This document shows, in pieces, positions 24,496 through 37,968 of a stretch of 64,000 nucleotides of DNA. Position 1 is the first letter of the stretch; the number at the start of each line of letters is the position of its first letter. The stretch covers positions 47,678,001 through 47,742,000 of the forward strand of contig NC_043000.1 in NCBI RefSeq assembly GCF_006345805.1, read 5' to 3'. Origin of the DNA: Octopus sinensis (lineage: Eukaryota). The position numbers and the translations under genes are program-made. The notes beneath the pieces are model-generated. The model saw only the letters and a program-made list of their open reading frames with translations, was not told the DNA's origin and did no database searches.

Positions 24496-26490
24496 CTTTT
24501 ATATAGGTTTCGACTATATGTATGCATGTACGTGTGTATGTATGCATTTATATATGTATGTATATATAACTACAAAAACTATTTTGTATGCTAAAACTAA
24601 TAGCCTCTCTGAAGAACACTGAAGTAATCAACTTGCTTGCTAGTTCTGCCATTTACTTTGAAGATACGAACATGTAATGTGCAGAGACGATAAGGCAAAA
24701 TAAGGAGTGTCGGAGAGGAAGGAAAAGTAAAAAAATAAGAAGAAAATGGAGAAAGAGGACTAGTGAATGGAGTGATAGAGAGGGGAAATAATGAGGAATT
24801 TTCCTCGGCAGATCTGGCAATACATACAACAAAATGCTTCGAGCTAACAAGTGAAAGCCTATTTAGCTGATATAGCTAAATAGAACAGTCAAATTTTCAA
24901 ATCATACTTCAATGTTTTTATTTAAGAAGGAAGATAGTGGAATTCCTATTTATACATTCAGACATATACATGTGTGTGTGTGTGTTGTTGTATCTGAGGA
25001 TAGTCATTCTGTTTTAATGCCTTATTAATTAATACACTCACTGGTTTAGTTTCCGAAAATTTACTTTTATTTTCTAAAATTTTCGTTGCTTCTTGCAACC
25101 TCTTCAATAGTTGTTAACTCTATCCGTTATCAGAGCTGCGTTCTTTTTGTTTGTTTGTGCGCATGTGCGTACGTCAGTGTGCATGTCTATGTACATATGT
25201 ATGTCTCTTCTATTTTTTAATTATTATAAATCTTCCACTGAGGAGGGAGCCGCTATCTAACAAAGAGACAAGGTTCCATCTTTGGTACGTAGTTAACATA
25301 GACAAATTCACATTTGGAACTTGAGAAAAGTCTTGCATATTTTTACTGTTCCTCTCACAGCTTGCACTTGTAATGTACGAATTAGCTGGTCAATTTCTCT
25401 TTCTGAAAATCCCAGTTTATCCAGATTCTCCTTAAAGCATTTACTAACAAAACTTAGAGCTCCAATTATTATTAGTATGAATATGAATTCATAGCCTGAA
25501 TATAGAAGCTGGAGGTTTCGAAGCAGTTGTCCTCCTATTCTTTGACTTTTAAAGAGATATTTATATCAGTAAGGCAACTGACCTCTATGATGGTATATAC
25601 CTTTGCCCCTGTCCCAAACAACATACCTATGTATGTATGTATGTATGTATAAATTATGTATGTAGGTATGCGTGTGTGCATGTATGCGTGTATGTATGTA
25701 TGCATGTGTGTACGGTTGTATTTATGTATTCTGCATATTCATGAGTTTGTGTGTGCATGTTTGTATGTGTGTGCGTGTATTTGTGTGTACCTCTGTTTCT
25801 TTGTGTGTGCGTATTTGAGTGTGCCCTTGCTTCCGCACCTTCATACAATGTAAAAAATAAGAAACGCCACTTGTGCATCAATAAATTTTTTTCCATATCA
25901 AAGGCTAGACTCCTACTCGTTAGTTCAAGGGAAGAGCACGATTAATCCTGCCTGCACAGGGGTAACTTTGCTTTCTCTAGATATTAGGGATCTAATATGC
26001 ATCTTGACCATTAATGGCGCCTATAGTTCTTCCCCATAGAAATAGTAGAATTCGATTCTAAATGTTGGCATAAACTACCTTGCCATTAAATTTTAATTAA
26101 TAGATTTACTTACCTAGGTCCCTTTTAGGTAACCCAGCATTAACATCCTTACACTAAACTCATCCGAATTGAAAGACCCTATCTCCCACACAAAATAACT
26201 AAATTATATTATATGGCTTCATTTTACTACTCCTCAGTATAACCTTTATACCCTCTTATAATCATATAATGCCATTTCTCTTAACTCTTAGCATAAATTT
26301 AGACTATAGAGTGCACAAGTATCCATTCCCCTACCATATCCCCCTTAATAGAATCTTGATCCTGCACCTTAATGAATGAATTTGTCTCTATTTTGTAACA
26401 TACTTTACCATTCCATACTCATTGTTATCCTATTTAACGTTAGTTTATTCTAGACCACTTTAAGTCAGCATTGGTCTACTTCTATTTAAT

Positions 26491-26873
26491 GGAGGCGCAA
26501 TGGCCCAGTGGTTAGGGCAGCGGACTCGCGGTCATAGGATCGCGGTTTCGATTCCCAGACCGGGCGTTGTGAGTGTTTATTGAGCGAAAACACCTAAAAG
26601 CTCCACGAGGCTCCGGCAGGGGATGGTGGTGATCTCTGCTGTACTCTTTCACCACAACTTTCTCTCACTCTTACTTCCTGTTTCTGTTGTACCTGTATTT
26701 CAAGGGGCCGGCCTTGTCACTCTCTGTGTCACGCTGAATATCCCCGAGAACTACGTTAAGGGTACACGTGTCTGTGGAGTGCTCGGCCACTTACACGTTA
26801 ATTTCACGAGCAGGCTGTTCCGTTGATTCGGATCAACCGGAACCCTCATCGTCGTAACCGACGGAGTGCTTCC
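26491..26873 (+). mobile_element. tRNA-head SINE family D, young full-length copy with TSD
   Basis: A box TGGCCCAGTGG, B box GTTTCGATTCC; TSD acttctatttaat at 26478-26490 and 26874-26886. Confidence 0.92.
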
Positions 26874-27854
26874 ACTTCTATTTAATGGAGACTCCTTATT
26901 AGATTTACTCATTTCAATATTCACTCCCCGCACAACGAAATAATCATTTAACACTGTAATACTAACTTTATACCCTACACCCTCCTTTAGTAATGTATTT
27001 GCTGGATCTTTGTTATCCAGTTAGCACTTATCTACGTGCTATTAATATTATTATGTGCATTTATACATTCTTGGGAGACTAATAGTTGAAACTTGCATAT
27101 GTATGTAACCATGTACGGGTTAATATAACAATATAATATACATCAAAATTGATTGGGTATATCGGCGTGTGTGTACTTGAGTGTATGGATAGTGTATGTG
27201 AGTGTGCATACCTGTATGTGAGAGTACACGTGTATACATATATATACATATATATAATTAAATGAGTGTGCATAAGCATGCATATTTATGTTGAATTTTT
27301 TTTGCGTATGAATGCATGAGCAAATTGTAGTAAGAGCTTGCATCTGTAAAAATAATTTGCAAGTATTTTAATTTTTAATTTTTAATTTGGAAACATGAAT
27401 TTAATTAGGGATATTTACCTTCACTCATTTAATTGACTACTAGGCTGGGTGATTTATAGATTGTTTAGCCAATTAGCTATAAAATTAGTTGTTTGATTGG
27501 CTAGTCAGCTCACTGATAAGATGCATTTGATGGTAGACCAGCAGTTTCCAATGTAGGCCACTTATAGTTATTGCCTCCACTTAACCATACATATTTCCCT
27601 AATTTTCCTATGGAATAAATTCGTGTCATTGTTTTTACCAATTTCACATTCCTATTTAAAACAAACCATTTTCGCCCGCAACCGTCTTCTTTCTTAAATG
27701 TCCAAATAAGTTTATCTCTTAATATTTATTCCATAATATTTATTTTTTTTAATCTAATATATACTGTCCTAAGCGTTTTCAGGTCCCTTACAGCATACAC
27801 CATTTTCCTATTAATTTATTTATTTATCTTACCCCATATAACGTCTCAATAGTG

Positions 27855-28068
27855 TGTGTGTGTGTTTGTTTGTCTGTGTTTGTCCCTCGAACATCGCTTC
27901 GCAACCGATGCTGGCGTGTTTACGTCCCTGTATCTTAGCGGTTCGACCAAAGACACCCATAGAATAAGTACTAGGCTTACAAAGAATAAATCCTGGGGTT
28001 GATTTGGTCGACTAAAGGCGGTGCTCCAGTATGGCCACGGTCAAATGACTGAAACAAGTAAAGAGTAA
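27855..28068 (+). mobile_element. SINE family A, tail half
   Basis: gtttgtccc..aacatcgc..gtcaaatgactgaaacaagtaaagag. Confidence 0.85.
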
Positions 28069-28387
28069 GTCAATTGCTGTTCATCAATATTTCTCCATTT
28101 TCTGTTTTCTTTATATATGTATCTATATATACTGTTTATACCTACCTACATACATACATACATATATATATATATTCATATTTATATGTATTTGTGTGTC
28201 CTTTCTATAATACCCGCTGACAACCACCCAGGTAGACCTTTTCCTCCTAGTGTTAATAATAATTATAATCATTATGAGATGGAAATTTTCCATAAATATT
28301 ACACGTGATCCTTAATACCAAGTGGAGTGAAATAATTGGTTAAAAATTAGTGAATTTTATTTGCAAGTAATAGTAGCTATCTTGCAG

Positions 28388-28461
28388 GTTTCATCTGTTT
28401 TTCTGCTTTGTTGAAATTGCCTTCGTTTGGCTTCAACTATTTTCAACCGTGGAAGATCCTT
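28388..28461 (+). CDS. Candidate 74-nt exon of unidentified + strand gene
   Basis: cttgcag| acceptor and CTT|gtgagt donor; open frame (G)FICFSALLKLPSFGFNYFQPWKIL. Confidence 0.4.
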
Positions 28462-29443
28462 GTGAGTGTAACTACTTATCCTGAACTACTGCATTAAGTT
28501 TGAGGAATTTGGTAGTATTAATTACATTGCTTCAAAAGTCACAGAGGTTTTTACTTTTTGAATAAGAACTTGGCTTCCAGTTTATTATCATTGAATTTAT
28601 CTTGCAAGTGAGACGACTTCCCTTATTTCTTAATCAAACGACATAAGAATCCTCTCAAGTAAGCACATTTGCTCCGTGTTCTCGAAGCGTAATTTAAATT
28701 ATTTCCTTAATTTCCATGTTATTTTATATACATCACCAGGTCATTATATAAAATACTTTCAGCTTCCCTTCTAAACGTCGTTGGTTTACAAAATATATAA
28801 AATTTCCATGTGTCAATATAGATCTTAAAGCTTATTTTATCCTCAGAACTTACTGGTTCTGGTTTCTGTATTTCAAATACCTTCATGTTGCAAACGTCTT
28901 TATATATTGTACATCATTAAACTTCAATACAGATCTGACAAATAGAACATGCACTTCTTGTGCATTTCTTGTTATATAAAGATGGTTCTACACTACTTCG
29001 GCAAAAATCTATACAATTAAATTAGGCAAGCCGACAAGCCATTCCAAGTTAACACATCTTGGCATCTAGTTTACCTCTTTGCGCAAATGTATCTAGTTCA
29101 AAGTTTCATTTTTTAATATATTGCAAACAACTTGGAATTAAGAGTATATGCTTTAATTTTTACTGATCAATTTATCATTAGAAACATTGTGCTGTTATTA
29201 GTTAAGTAAATATACGAAAGCAATTTTAAATATCTTTTTTACCTCTTCATGAACTTTCGTAATCTCTTATTCTGAATCTAACTCATGTCTCTGAAGTGAT
29301 AAATAAAAGAAGACAGGGCTTCTGCTTCATTTTAAAAAGAATCATTCTATTTTAGATAACTTCCCCAGATGTTCTGCATCTTATTCTCAATAAACATCGA
29401 AACGAAATGAAATACTGAAATACCTTGAATGAACTAAAATATA

Positions 29444-29825
29444 GGAGCACTCCGTCGGTTGCGACGATGAGGGTCCCAGCTGATACGATCAACGGAACAG
29501 CTTGCTCGTGATATTAACGTGCAAGTGGCTGAGCACTCCACAGACACGTGTACCCTTAACGTAGTTCTCGAGAAGATTCAGCGTGACACACAGAATGTGA
29601 CAAGGCTGGCCCTTTGAAATACAGGTACAAGAGAAACAGGAAGAAAGAGCGAGAGAAAGTTGTAGTGAAAGAGTACAGCAGGGTTCACCACCACCCCCTG
29701 CCGGAGCCTCGTGGAGTTTTGGGTGTTTTCGCTCAATAAACACTCACAATGCCCGGTCTGGGAATCGAAACCGCGATCCTCCGATCGCGAGTCCGCTGCC
29801 CTAACCACTGGGCCATTGCGCCTCC
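29444..29825 (-). mobile_element. SINE family D, full-length copy
   Basis: Reverse complement of 26491-26873 at high identity; TSD-like accttgaat(g/a)aacta at 29422 and 29826. Confidence 0.92.
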
Positions 29826-30544
29826 ACCTTGAATAAACTATTATACCTTGAACGCATTAGAATTATTGTCATGGTCGTGAACTCACAAAAGCTGCTTATG
29901 AAAATACTTTATCACCTCTGTGAAATGTTTGTCTCTGATATCCAATTATATATCGAAGTAATTGAAATCGAGATGTCTGAGACAGCAGAGCCAGACTTCT
30001 GAAGTTTCACTACTATTTTGTTCATTTTAACATTTACAGTAGTTCTTTGATTGTTGTTGTTGTTTTTTTTCGATCGTGTTCCCACTTTATTCTTGCTCTT
30101 TTACTTGTTTCAGTCATTTGACTTTAGTCGAGCAAATCGACCCCAGGACTTATATTCTTTGTAAGCCTAGTACTTCAGCATTCTTACCAGTCAGATAATT
30201 AACTAGTGATCAATTAATAAATCTATTAGCCTTTCAAAGTCCTTCTCAATGACATTGTACCCCTGAAGCACCTTTTTCTCCTCAGTATTTATTGCATGTA
30301 CCACAAAATCCATAAGATAAACAATAAACATGCAATAAACGGTAGAGAGAAAGAGGGGCTTGGAGTCATTGCCATCGATAAGGTCTTAGACTGTGACGAA
30401 AGGACCTTGAAAGGCTAATCGATCAACCGATTGATCAAGCGATTAAGTATCTAATTGATTGGTGATAAAGCTAAAGTGATATATAACCAGTGGCAGTGCT
30501 TTTATTGGCAGTTTGACCCTCCTAAATTATAATACTGTTTTCAG

Positions 30545-30592
30545 CATACGACTCCGCATCGAGAATCTAGCAAAATGAATATGAGAACGAAG
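30545..30592 (+). CDS. Candidate 48-nt exon of unidentified + strand gene
   Basis: ctgttttcag| acceptor and AAG|gttagt donor; phase 0-0, HTTPHRESSKMNMRTK. Confidence 0.4.
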
Positions 30593-30661
30593 GTTAGTTA
30601 TGTTTGACTTAAACCCTTAAAACTCGACATGGTAACTTTTATTTAAAAAAAATATGAAAGT

Positions 30662-31060
30662 TACACTTTTACACTTGTTTCAGTCATTTGACTGTGGCCA
30701 TGCCGGAGCACCGCCTTTAGTCAAGCAAATCGACCCAAGGACTTATTCTTTGTAAGCCTAGTACTTATTCTATCGGTCTCTTTTGCCGAACCGCTAAGTG
30801 ACGGGGACGTAAACACACCAGCATTGCTTGTCAAGCGATGTTGGGGGGACAAATACACACACAATCATATACACACACACATACATACGTATATATACAT
30901 ATATACGACAGGCTTCTTTCAGTTTCCGTCTACCAAATCCACTCACAAGGTTTTGGTAGGCCCTAGGCTATAGTAGAAGACACTTGCCCAAGGTGCCACG
31001 CAATGGGACTGAACCCGGAACCATGTGGTTCATAAACAAGCTACTTACCACATGGCCACT
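30662..31060 (-). mobile_element. SINE family A, full length, CpG-retaining
   Basis: Head, tail and internal CA/TA tract. Confidence 0.9.
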
Positions 31061-31104
31061 TTGAAATATTGTTCTAATTTATCTACATTCTCAATTATTA
31101 ATAA

Positions 31105-31315
31105 TGATTTCAAATTTTGGCTCAAGGCCAGCAATTTCGAGTGAGTGGATAATCGATTACATGGACCCCAATGCTCAACTGATACTTATTTTATCGACTC
31201 CGAAAGGATGAAGGAAACTCAACCCTCGGCAAAATTTGAACGCAGAACGTAAAAACGGACGAAATGCTGCTAAGCATTTTACCCTGCGTGCTAACGATTC
31301 TGCTAGCTCACCGTC
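31105..31315 (-). mobile_element. SINE family B, monomer
   Basis: Head gctagctcaccg, aaatttgaacgcagaacg, tail. Confidence 0.8.
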
Positions 31316-31934
31316 TGCTTTCGGTAATGTTTAATAACATTAGTCCTACGTGTTTTCGTGTGTTTTGATAGAATGTGATATTGGGATATGTACGTGATGA
31401 TTCCATGCTATTATAATAACAATAGAAATAGTTAAATCTTCACCAGATTCTATGGCTACCATCAGCTGCTGCTCACTACTGCTACTGCTATAAATAATAT
31501 GTAAACTGTCGTATTTGACAGTTCTGTTAGTAGAACTTTTAGAGAATTAAAGCCTGCTTTTTAAACTGACTTGCCTCTTGGGTTATTCTTACTTCACCTA
31601 TATAAGAAAGAAATCAATATGTTAGATAAAACTAAATTCAACCCAACCCTCTATACAATATAATTAAATGCATGCATGAGGAACTAATTTTTTTCTATTC
31701 CTCACTTAGTTTAGTTTAGATTTTACTTTTTTGATTTTATTTATTTATATTTTTTTCTGTCAAAATTGTTTAAATCAACATTACTTTTTGTGTGTGTTCT
31801 GACATTCAAAGAAAAGCGATCAATATAATTTACAAATTAAAGGTACCCACCTTAGGTGTAAACAAAATGAAATACAGCTTTATTGCTTTGTTTTCCAACT
31901 TTAGTTTTACTCTCTCTCTCTCTCATTCTCTTTC

Positions 31935-32540
31935 TCAACCTCTCTCATGCATACATACATGCATAAATTCATACAAGCATACATACATACATGCATGCAT
32001 ACAAGCATGCATACATGCATGCTTGCTTGCATGCTTGCTTGCTTACTTGCTTGCTTGCTTGATTACTTGCATTCTTTCTAGCTTGCTTGCTTACCTACTT
32101 ACTTACTTGATTGCTTGCTTGCTTACTTACTTAGTTGCTTGCATGCTTGCTTGCTTGCTTGCTTACTTACTTACTTACTTACTTGATCACTTGCTTGCTT
32201 CCTTGCTCCCTTACTTGCTTGTTTGTTTACTTGCTTGCTTACTAACTTGCTTGCTTGCTTACTTGCTTGCTTGCTTGATTGCTTACTTACTTACTTACTT
32301 ACTTGCTTCCTTGCTTGCTTACTTACAAGCTTGCTTGCTTACTTGCTTATTTGCTTGCTTGCTTGCTTACTTACTTGCTTGCTTCCTTGCTCCCTTACTT
32401 ACTTGTTTGCTTACTTGCTTGCTTACTGACTTGCTTGCTTACTAACTTGCTTGCTTGATTGCTTACTTGCTTGCTTGCTTCCTTGTTTGCTTGCTTGCTC
32501 TCTTGCTTGCCTGCTTACTTGCTTACTTACTTACTTTTTG
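31935..32540 (+). repeat. Degenerate tetranucleotide array CATA>CATG>CTTG/CTTA
   Basis: Direct inspection; source of the LLAC/LLTY ORFs. Confidence 0.95.
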
Positions 32541-32599
32541 TACAAGTTTTTACCAAATATCGTACTTTTCCATACCGAAAATTTATTAATTATATATAT

Positions 32600-33125
32600 G
32601 TTAGTTGGATGGACGGACGGATGGATGCATGGATGGGTGGGTGGCTGCATGGATGGATGGGCGGATGGATGGACGGATGGGCGGATGGACGGATGGGTGG
32701 ATGGATGGATGGACGGATGGATGGATGCATAGACAGACGGACGGATGGATGGGTGGGTGGATGGATGGACAGATGGGTAGACGGATGGATCGATGGATGG
32801 ATGGATCGATGGATGGATGGGTGGATGAATGGATGGTTGGATGGGTAGATGGATGGATGGATGGATTGGTGGATGGGTGGATGGACGGAGGTACGGATGG
32901 AGGGACGGACGGACGGACGGATGAACGGATGGATGGATGGATGGATGGATGGATAGATGCATGGACGGATGAATGGATGAATGGACGGAGGTACGGATGG
33001 ATGGATGGACGGATGGATGGATGGATTTTGGATGGATGAGTGGGTGGATGGATGGATGGACGGACGGACGGACGGATGGTCGGATGGACGGATGGACAGC
33101 TGGATGCTTGCTTGCTTGCTTGTTC
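32600..33125 (+). repeat. Degenerate (GGAT/GGAC/GGGT)n array ending in (GCTT)n
   Basis: Direct inspection; source of the MDGW/PSIH ORFs. Confidence 0.95.
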
Positions 33126-33527
33126 GCTCGCTCTTTGGTCTCTCCTTTTCATCGTCTTTTTATTTTTCTGTACAAGATTTTTCCTTTCTGTCAAGTAGTA
33201 TATTTCGGCTAGGGTATCTGCTCACTCTAGCTGGATAGATTGATTCAATTCAATTCAGCTCAATTTGAGTTTAATTCAATTCTGTGCAAATTGAGACAGT
33301 ATCACTTACGTGTTAGAAATGTGATGCTTCGTTTTATTGAGAATTGTTATTGAAATATGGAACCATTTACAGACGTTTGTGTAAAATGAAGTTAGTATGA
33401 CCAATTCTAATCTTAATATTAATTAGCATAAGTACAAGAGACACGCACGGGAAATTGAAAGATAAGAGTTTCAAGAAAGACAACTGTTGCAGTTCAGACA
33501 TGTCATGGGACAATCACGGTTCGGTGA

Positions 33528-33596
33528 ACACGTTTCGACCCGTTCCGGGTCTCTTCAGGTACATCAATAAAAATTCTCACTAGAGATGCATACATG

Positions 33597-33597
<1 letters not shown>
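33528..33597 (-). ncRNA. Candidate hammerhead ribozyme
   Basis: Minus strand ACAUGU-A-UGCAUC-(19 nt)-GAUGUA-C-CUGAAGA-GACCCG-GAA-CGGGUC-GAAA-CGUGU; canonical core and perfect 6-bp stem II; stems I and III rely on G:U pairs and a 1-nt insertion. Confidence 0.45.
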
Positions 33598-33638
<41 letters not shown>

Positions 33639-33737
33639 CATTTCCTTATGTGTATATGTGAGGATATTAACACGCGTGTGTGTCAAGCTTTGCATAGACG
33701 TGTGTATCTTGCTTTACGTACAAATCTATGCACATAT

Positions 33738-34120
33738 GCACAAGACCCGAAATTTTGGGGGAGGGGTGATAGTCGATTAGATAGACCCCAGTATGCAACT
33801 GGTACTTAATTTATCGACCCCGAAAGGTTGAAAGCAAAAGGCGACCTCGGCGGAATTTGAACTCAGAACGTAGAGACAGACGAAATACCTATTTATTTAC
33901 TGCCCACAAGGGGCTAAACACAGAGAGGACAAACAAGGACAGACAAACGGATTAAGTCGATCATATAGACCCCAGTGCGTAACTGGTACTTATTTAATCG
34001 ACCCCGAAAGGATGAAAGGCAAAGTTGACCTCGGCTGAATTTGAACTCAGAACGTAACGGCAGACGAAATACGGCTACGCATTTCGGCCGGCGTGCTAAC
34101 GTTTCTGCCAGCTCGCCGCC
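33738..34120 (-). mobile_element. SINE family B, dimeric copy
   Basis: Head ggcggcgagctggcagaaacgttagc, two units, tail. Confidence 0.9.
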
Positions 34121-34329
34121 TTAAGGAGCGTATATATAAATATTAAAAATACCAATTAAGCTTCCTGCATTTCTTATTACTTTATAATCTGACTACAACA
34201 ACGCTCCCTACTTTGTCTCGTTATATGAGAACGGGTTTCACACCACAGAGAATGGAATGTGAAACAGATTACTGACCACAGATTATCTGATAAAACGTCT
34301 TCCAGCACATTGAATCTAATTTATATATA

Positions 34330-34483
34330 AGCGTGGCTGTGTGGTAAGAAGCTTGCTTCCCAACCACATGGTTCTGGGTTAAGTTTCACTGCATGGCTCC
34401 TTGGGCAAGTGTCTTCTACTATAGCCTCAAGCCGGCCAAAGCCTTGTGAGTGAATCTGGTAGGTGGAAACTGAAAGAAGCCCG

Positions 34484-34524
<41 letters not shown>

Positions 34525-34712
34525 TTTGTATCTGTGTTTGTAACCCCACCATCGGTTGACGACCAATGTCGGTGTGTTTACTTAGCAGTTCAGCAAGAGA
34601 GACCGATAGAATAAGTACTAGGCTTACAAAGAATAAATCCTGGGGTCGATTTCTTCAACTAAAGGTGGTACCCCAGCATGGCCGCAGTCAAATGATGAAA
34701 CAAATAAAAGAA
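34330..34712 (+). mobile_element. SINE family A, full length
   Basis: Head, TA tract and tail. Confidence 0.88.
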
Positions 34713-36870
34713 TAATATAATATATATATTAATGTTTGTTTTTATGCTTAGTTGTAAAACAATTTTACAATAATCTATACTTTTGTAGAGTACAAATTTA
34801 TTATTCCTATACAAGAAAGAAGGATGTTGATGGCGTCTTCAAAGCTTCAGATAGCTAAGCCATTGTCCAACTTAAACTTCGAAATCACTGTCAACAACAT
34901 TCTTGCATAGACATAGTATATGTGTGCATGTGTGTGTGTGTGTGTGCATGCACGTGTGTGCTTGTATACACATGTATATATACACGCATACACATATTTA
35001 TACATGCTTGTGTGTGTGTGTAAGTGTATGAGTATGTAAGAGTATGTGTAAGTGTCCATATGTGTGTGTGAGTCAATTTCCCATAGTGTTACAATTTACT
35101 TTCAATAAGCACCACATCAATTTGGATTGGGGAGCGTTTCCTGCTTTACTTTTAAGAGCTTAAATAAGGTAAAGAGACTGTTGATGACTCTATATGTTCA
35201 AGACTGGTATGAAGAATTTTAGGCATTGGTTCTCAGACCAGAGACTTGGCCTCGATGCTTTCTATGGAATGGACTTAGTTACCTGCACTCAAGTGCTGCT
35301 TGGTTGTGTTGATTTAAATGATGTATTATGTCTGACATCAAAAAATGGAACCGTTATTTAACAGACTTCCATACAGATACCATCTATCAAATAACATCGA
35401 GAAGGCTTTGGTATACTTTAGGTGCCAATGGAAGTCATTAACCCAAAGTAACAGTCAGTAGATTTGAATTTTTAGCATGAATGGGATCCCATATTTTGCC
35501 TCACACAAATTTCAAATCACAATTCAATCATGATCCAACTATGTATACAATTGAGATTTTATCCAATCAATGATTGTTGTTCACATGATAGTTCAGTAGA
35601 CTGTCTGAAACTTTGTGTCAGCAACGCCTATAATTTATAATTGCAGTCAATTTAAGCACCAATTTCACAGAGTGTCACCAATTTTAAAGCATTATGGGTC
35701 AAGCTTTGAATTACTCTCCCTATAGCTGTTTTAATGGCTGCATAGTCAATCAAGGATGCAGAAGACATGACATGTCATCTGAATATTTGCTTAATATGTT
35801 AAAAGCTGGCCCATGTGTTAAACCTTGAACAGACATTTTCCTTGCATGGCATATTATGCTATTTCCACCTTACTGCTTCTATATATATTGATTGTAATGC
35901 ATGAACATCTTTTCATACTAATGCAACACAATAAATTATGTTCAAACGTTTGCACGGTGTTGTTAATCACTATAAAAAAATTTTCTGTTAACTTGGTTTT
36001 ATTTGCATACAACATGCAGCTTGAAACAATATCCAGTCACCCATCAACCAAAGCTATAAATTCAAAAGCCTGTAATTGCAAAGTGAATTTTTGTAATCAC
36101 AAAGTTATGCCAGGTTTTAAAATGAATTCTTTATAATAAAGGCATGAGGATGAAATTTTAGTGAGTAACCTTGCTGAGATGTAACACCATGTTTTCATTG
36201 GTGGAACCTGAATTCAGAATGTAAACACGTGGAATACATGCTTCAAAACATCATTTTTTTTCCTGGTACATAATGATTCTATCAACCTAGCACCATTAAA
36301 TTAATTGAGTTGATTCCTGTGAGAGACAATTGTACAATTTAAACTTAGAATGTAAGTTGCCAAAACAAAGACCTGTAAACCAATGATAGCAATGATTTCT
36401 TGCCAATGAGACACAAGACGAGATAATTGAAAGGGAGAAGTCAATTATATTAACCCAAAATAACTGTCTGGTACTTATCAATCACAGAATGATATAAAAA
36501 GAACTTCATTTCAGTGGGATTCCAGAACAATTACTGAACAATCCTACCAAGATATTTGATCTTTGTAAAAACATTAAATATCATAAATTTTCTCGTGAAA
36601 CTGTGTAAGGTCTATAACCTATTTATATTTTTTCTTTAATCACTGCAGAAAAGAGACGAGAAAATCTTTCATTGTTATTTGCCAATAAGTTTTATATTTG
36701 CCAATGAATTAAGATAATATGGATAATTAGGGTAAGTTTTAATAAATAGTTAATTATTAGTAATTCATATATATGATATGCTTATCCTTGATTTCAATAT
36801 TTAATTTGTCACATAATATTCAAATATTTAAGTGTATATATGTGCATATATTTGTGTGTGTTTGTATACA

Positions 36871-36901
<31 letters not shown>

Positions 36902-37369
36902 GTGGATGTCATTTATTTATAAACAATTCTGTGTATATATATTAAACCCTGAAGAATGCTTATATTACACATTATGTACATGTATTGATATGTTATTTGA
37001 GGAATTCGTTTTTTAAACTTTCAAAATCATATTTACTATAAAATTATATCTGTCAAAAGAAAGCAAACACAATGTCTTCAGCTAAACTTAATCATTTTGA
37101 GAAAAATCTATATCAAGCTCAAATATTTATTTAGAAGATCATGCAATTCATGGAACTGCTTGAACAAGATTGATTGCTTTGATATGTTTTCAATATATTT
37201 TTAAGTATCATCTTGAGGTAGCAAATTTAAACTCCCAGAATATCAATGTTTGAAATTCAACAATGCAAAAATCAATGACAAAATTTGTTTAAATACATGA
37301 AGAAAATTAAGAGTTTTATTTTATGAGAGCACCAATCAGGAAATGTTTTCATAACAATATTTGATGTGA

Positions 37370-37371
37370 GT

Positions 37372-37402
<31 letters not shown>

Positions 37403-37680
37403 CATATATATACACACACACACACATGTATATATATATATATATATGTAAATATATATATATGTAAATATATATATATATGTATATATGCATATATATA
37501 TATATATGTATATATGCATATATATATATATGTATATATGCATATATATATATATGTATATATGCATATATATATATATATATACATATGCATTTATATA
37601 TATATACATATATACATGTCTTTTATACATGTATATATATATATATATATATTAAAACACACATATATATATAAGTGTGT
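37370..37680 (+). repeat. Compound CATA/CA/TA microsatellite
   Basis: Direct inspection. Confidence 0.9.
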
Positions 37681-37926
37681 GTGTGCCTGTCTGTACCTGT
37701 GTATAAATGCATGCATGTACATATGTATATTTACACATATCACATTGATGTTAACTACAGATATGAATAAGAATTGAGAGTGTCTTTAATAAAGACCGTA
37801 TTTAATAAATTAACAATAGGTATTTCTCCATCCAATTTCAGATACAATCTCAGAATAAATGTATAAAATAATTCATAATGCTTCGTATATCATATACATA
37901 CATATATACATATATACATACATATA

Positions 37927-37968
<42 letters not shown>

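Noticed and set aside
26491-26570. tRNA gene at SINE heads (also families A, B, C)
   Set aside because: A and B boxes are present, but there is no complete cloverleaf and the sequence continues into multi-copy SINE bodies with TSDs
25950-27070. Possible ancient LINE coding remnant around the SINE D insertion
   Set aside because: Strand-biased composition, but no motif could be read convincingly
26623-29808. ORFs at 26623, 26751, 29489 and 29578
   Set aside because: They lie within SINE D copies
31792-33238. Long LLAC/LLTY, MDGW and PSIH ORFs on both strands
   Set aside because: They arise from tetranucleotide repeats; no non-repetitive coding context or splice structure
35825-36136. 103-aa + strand ORF
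   Set aside because: TTG start, composition typical of AT-rich non-coding DNA, no motifs
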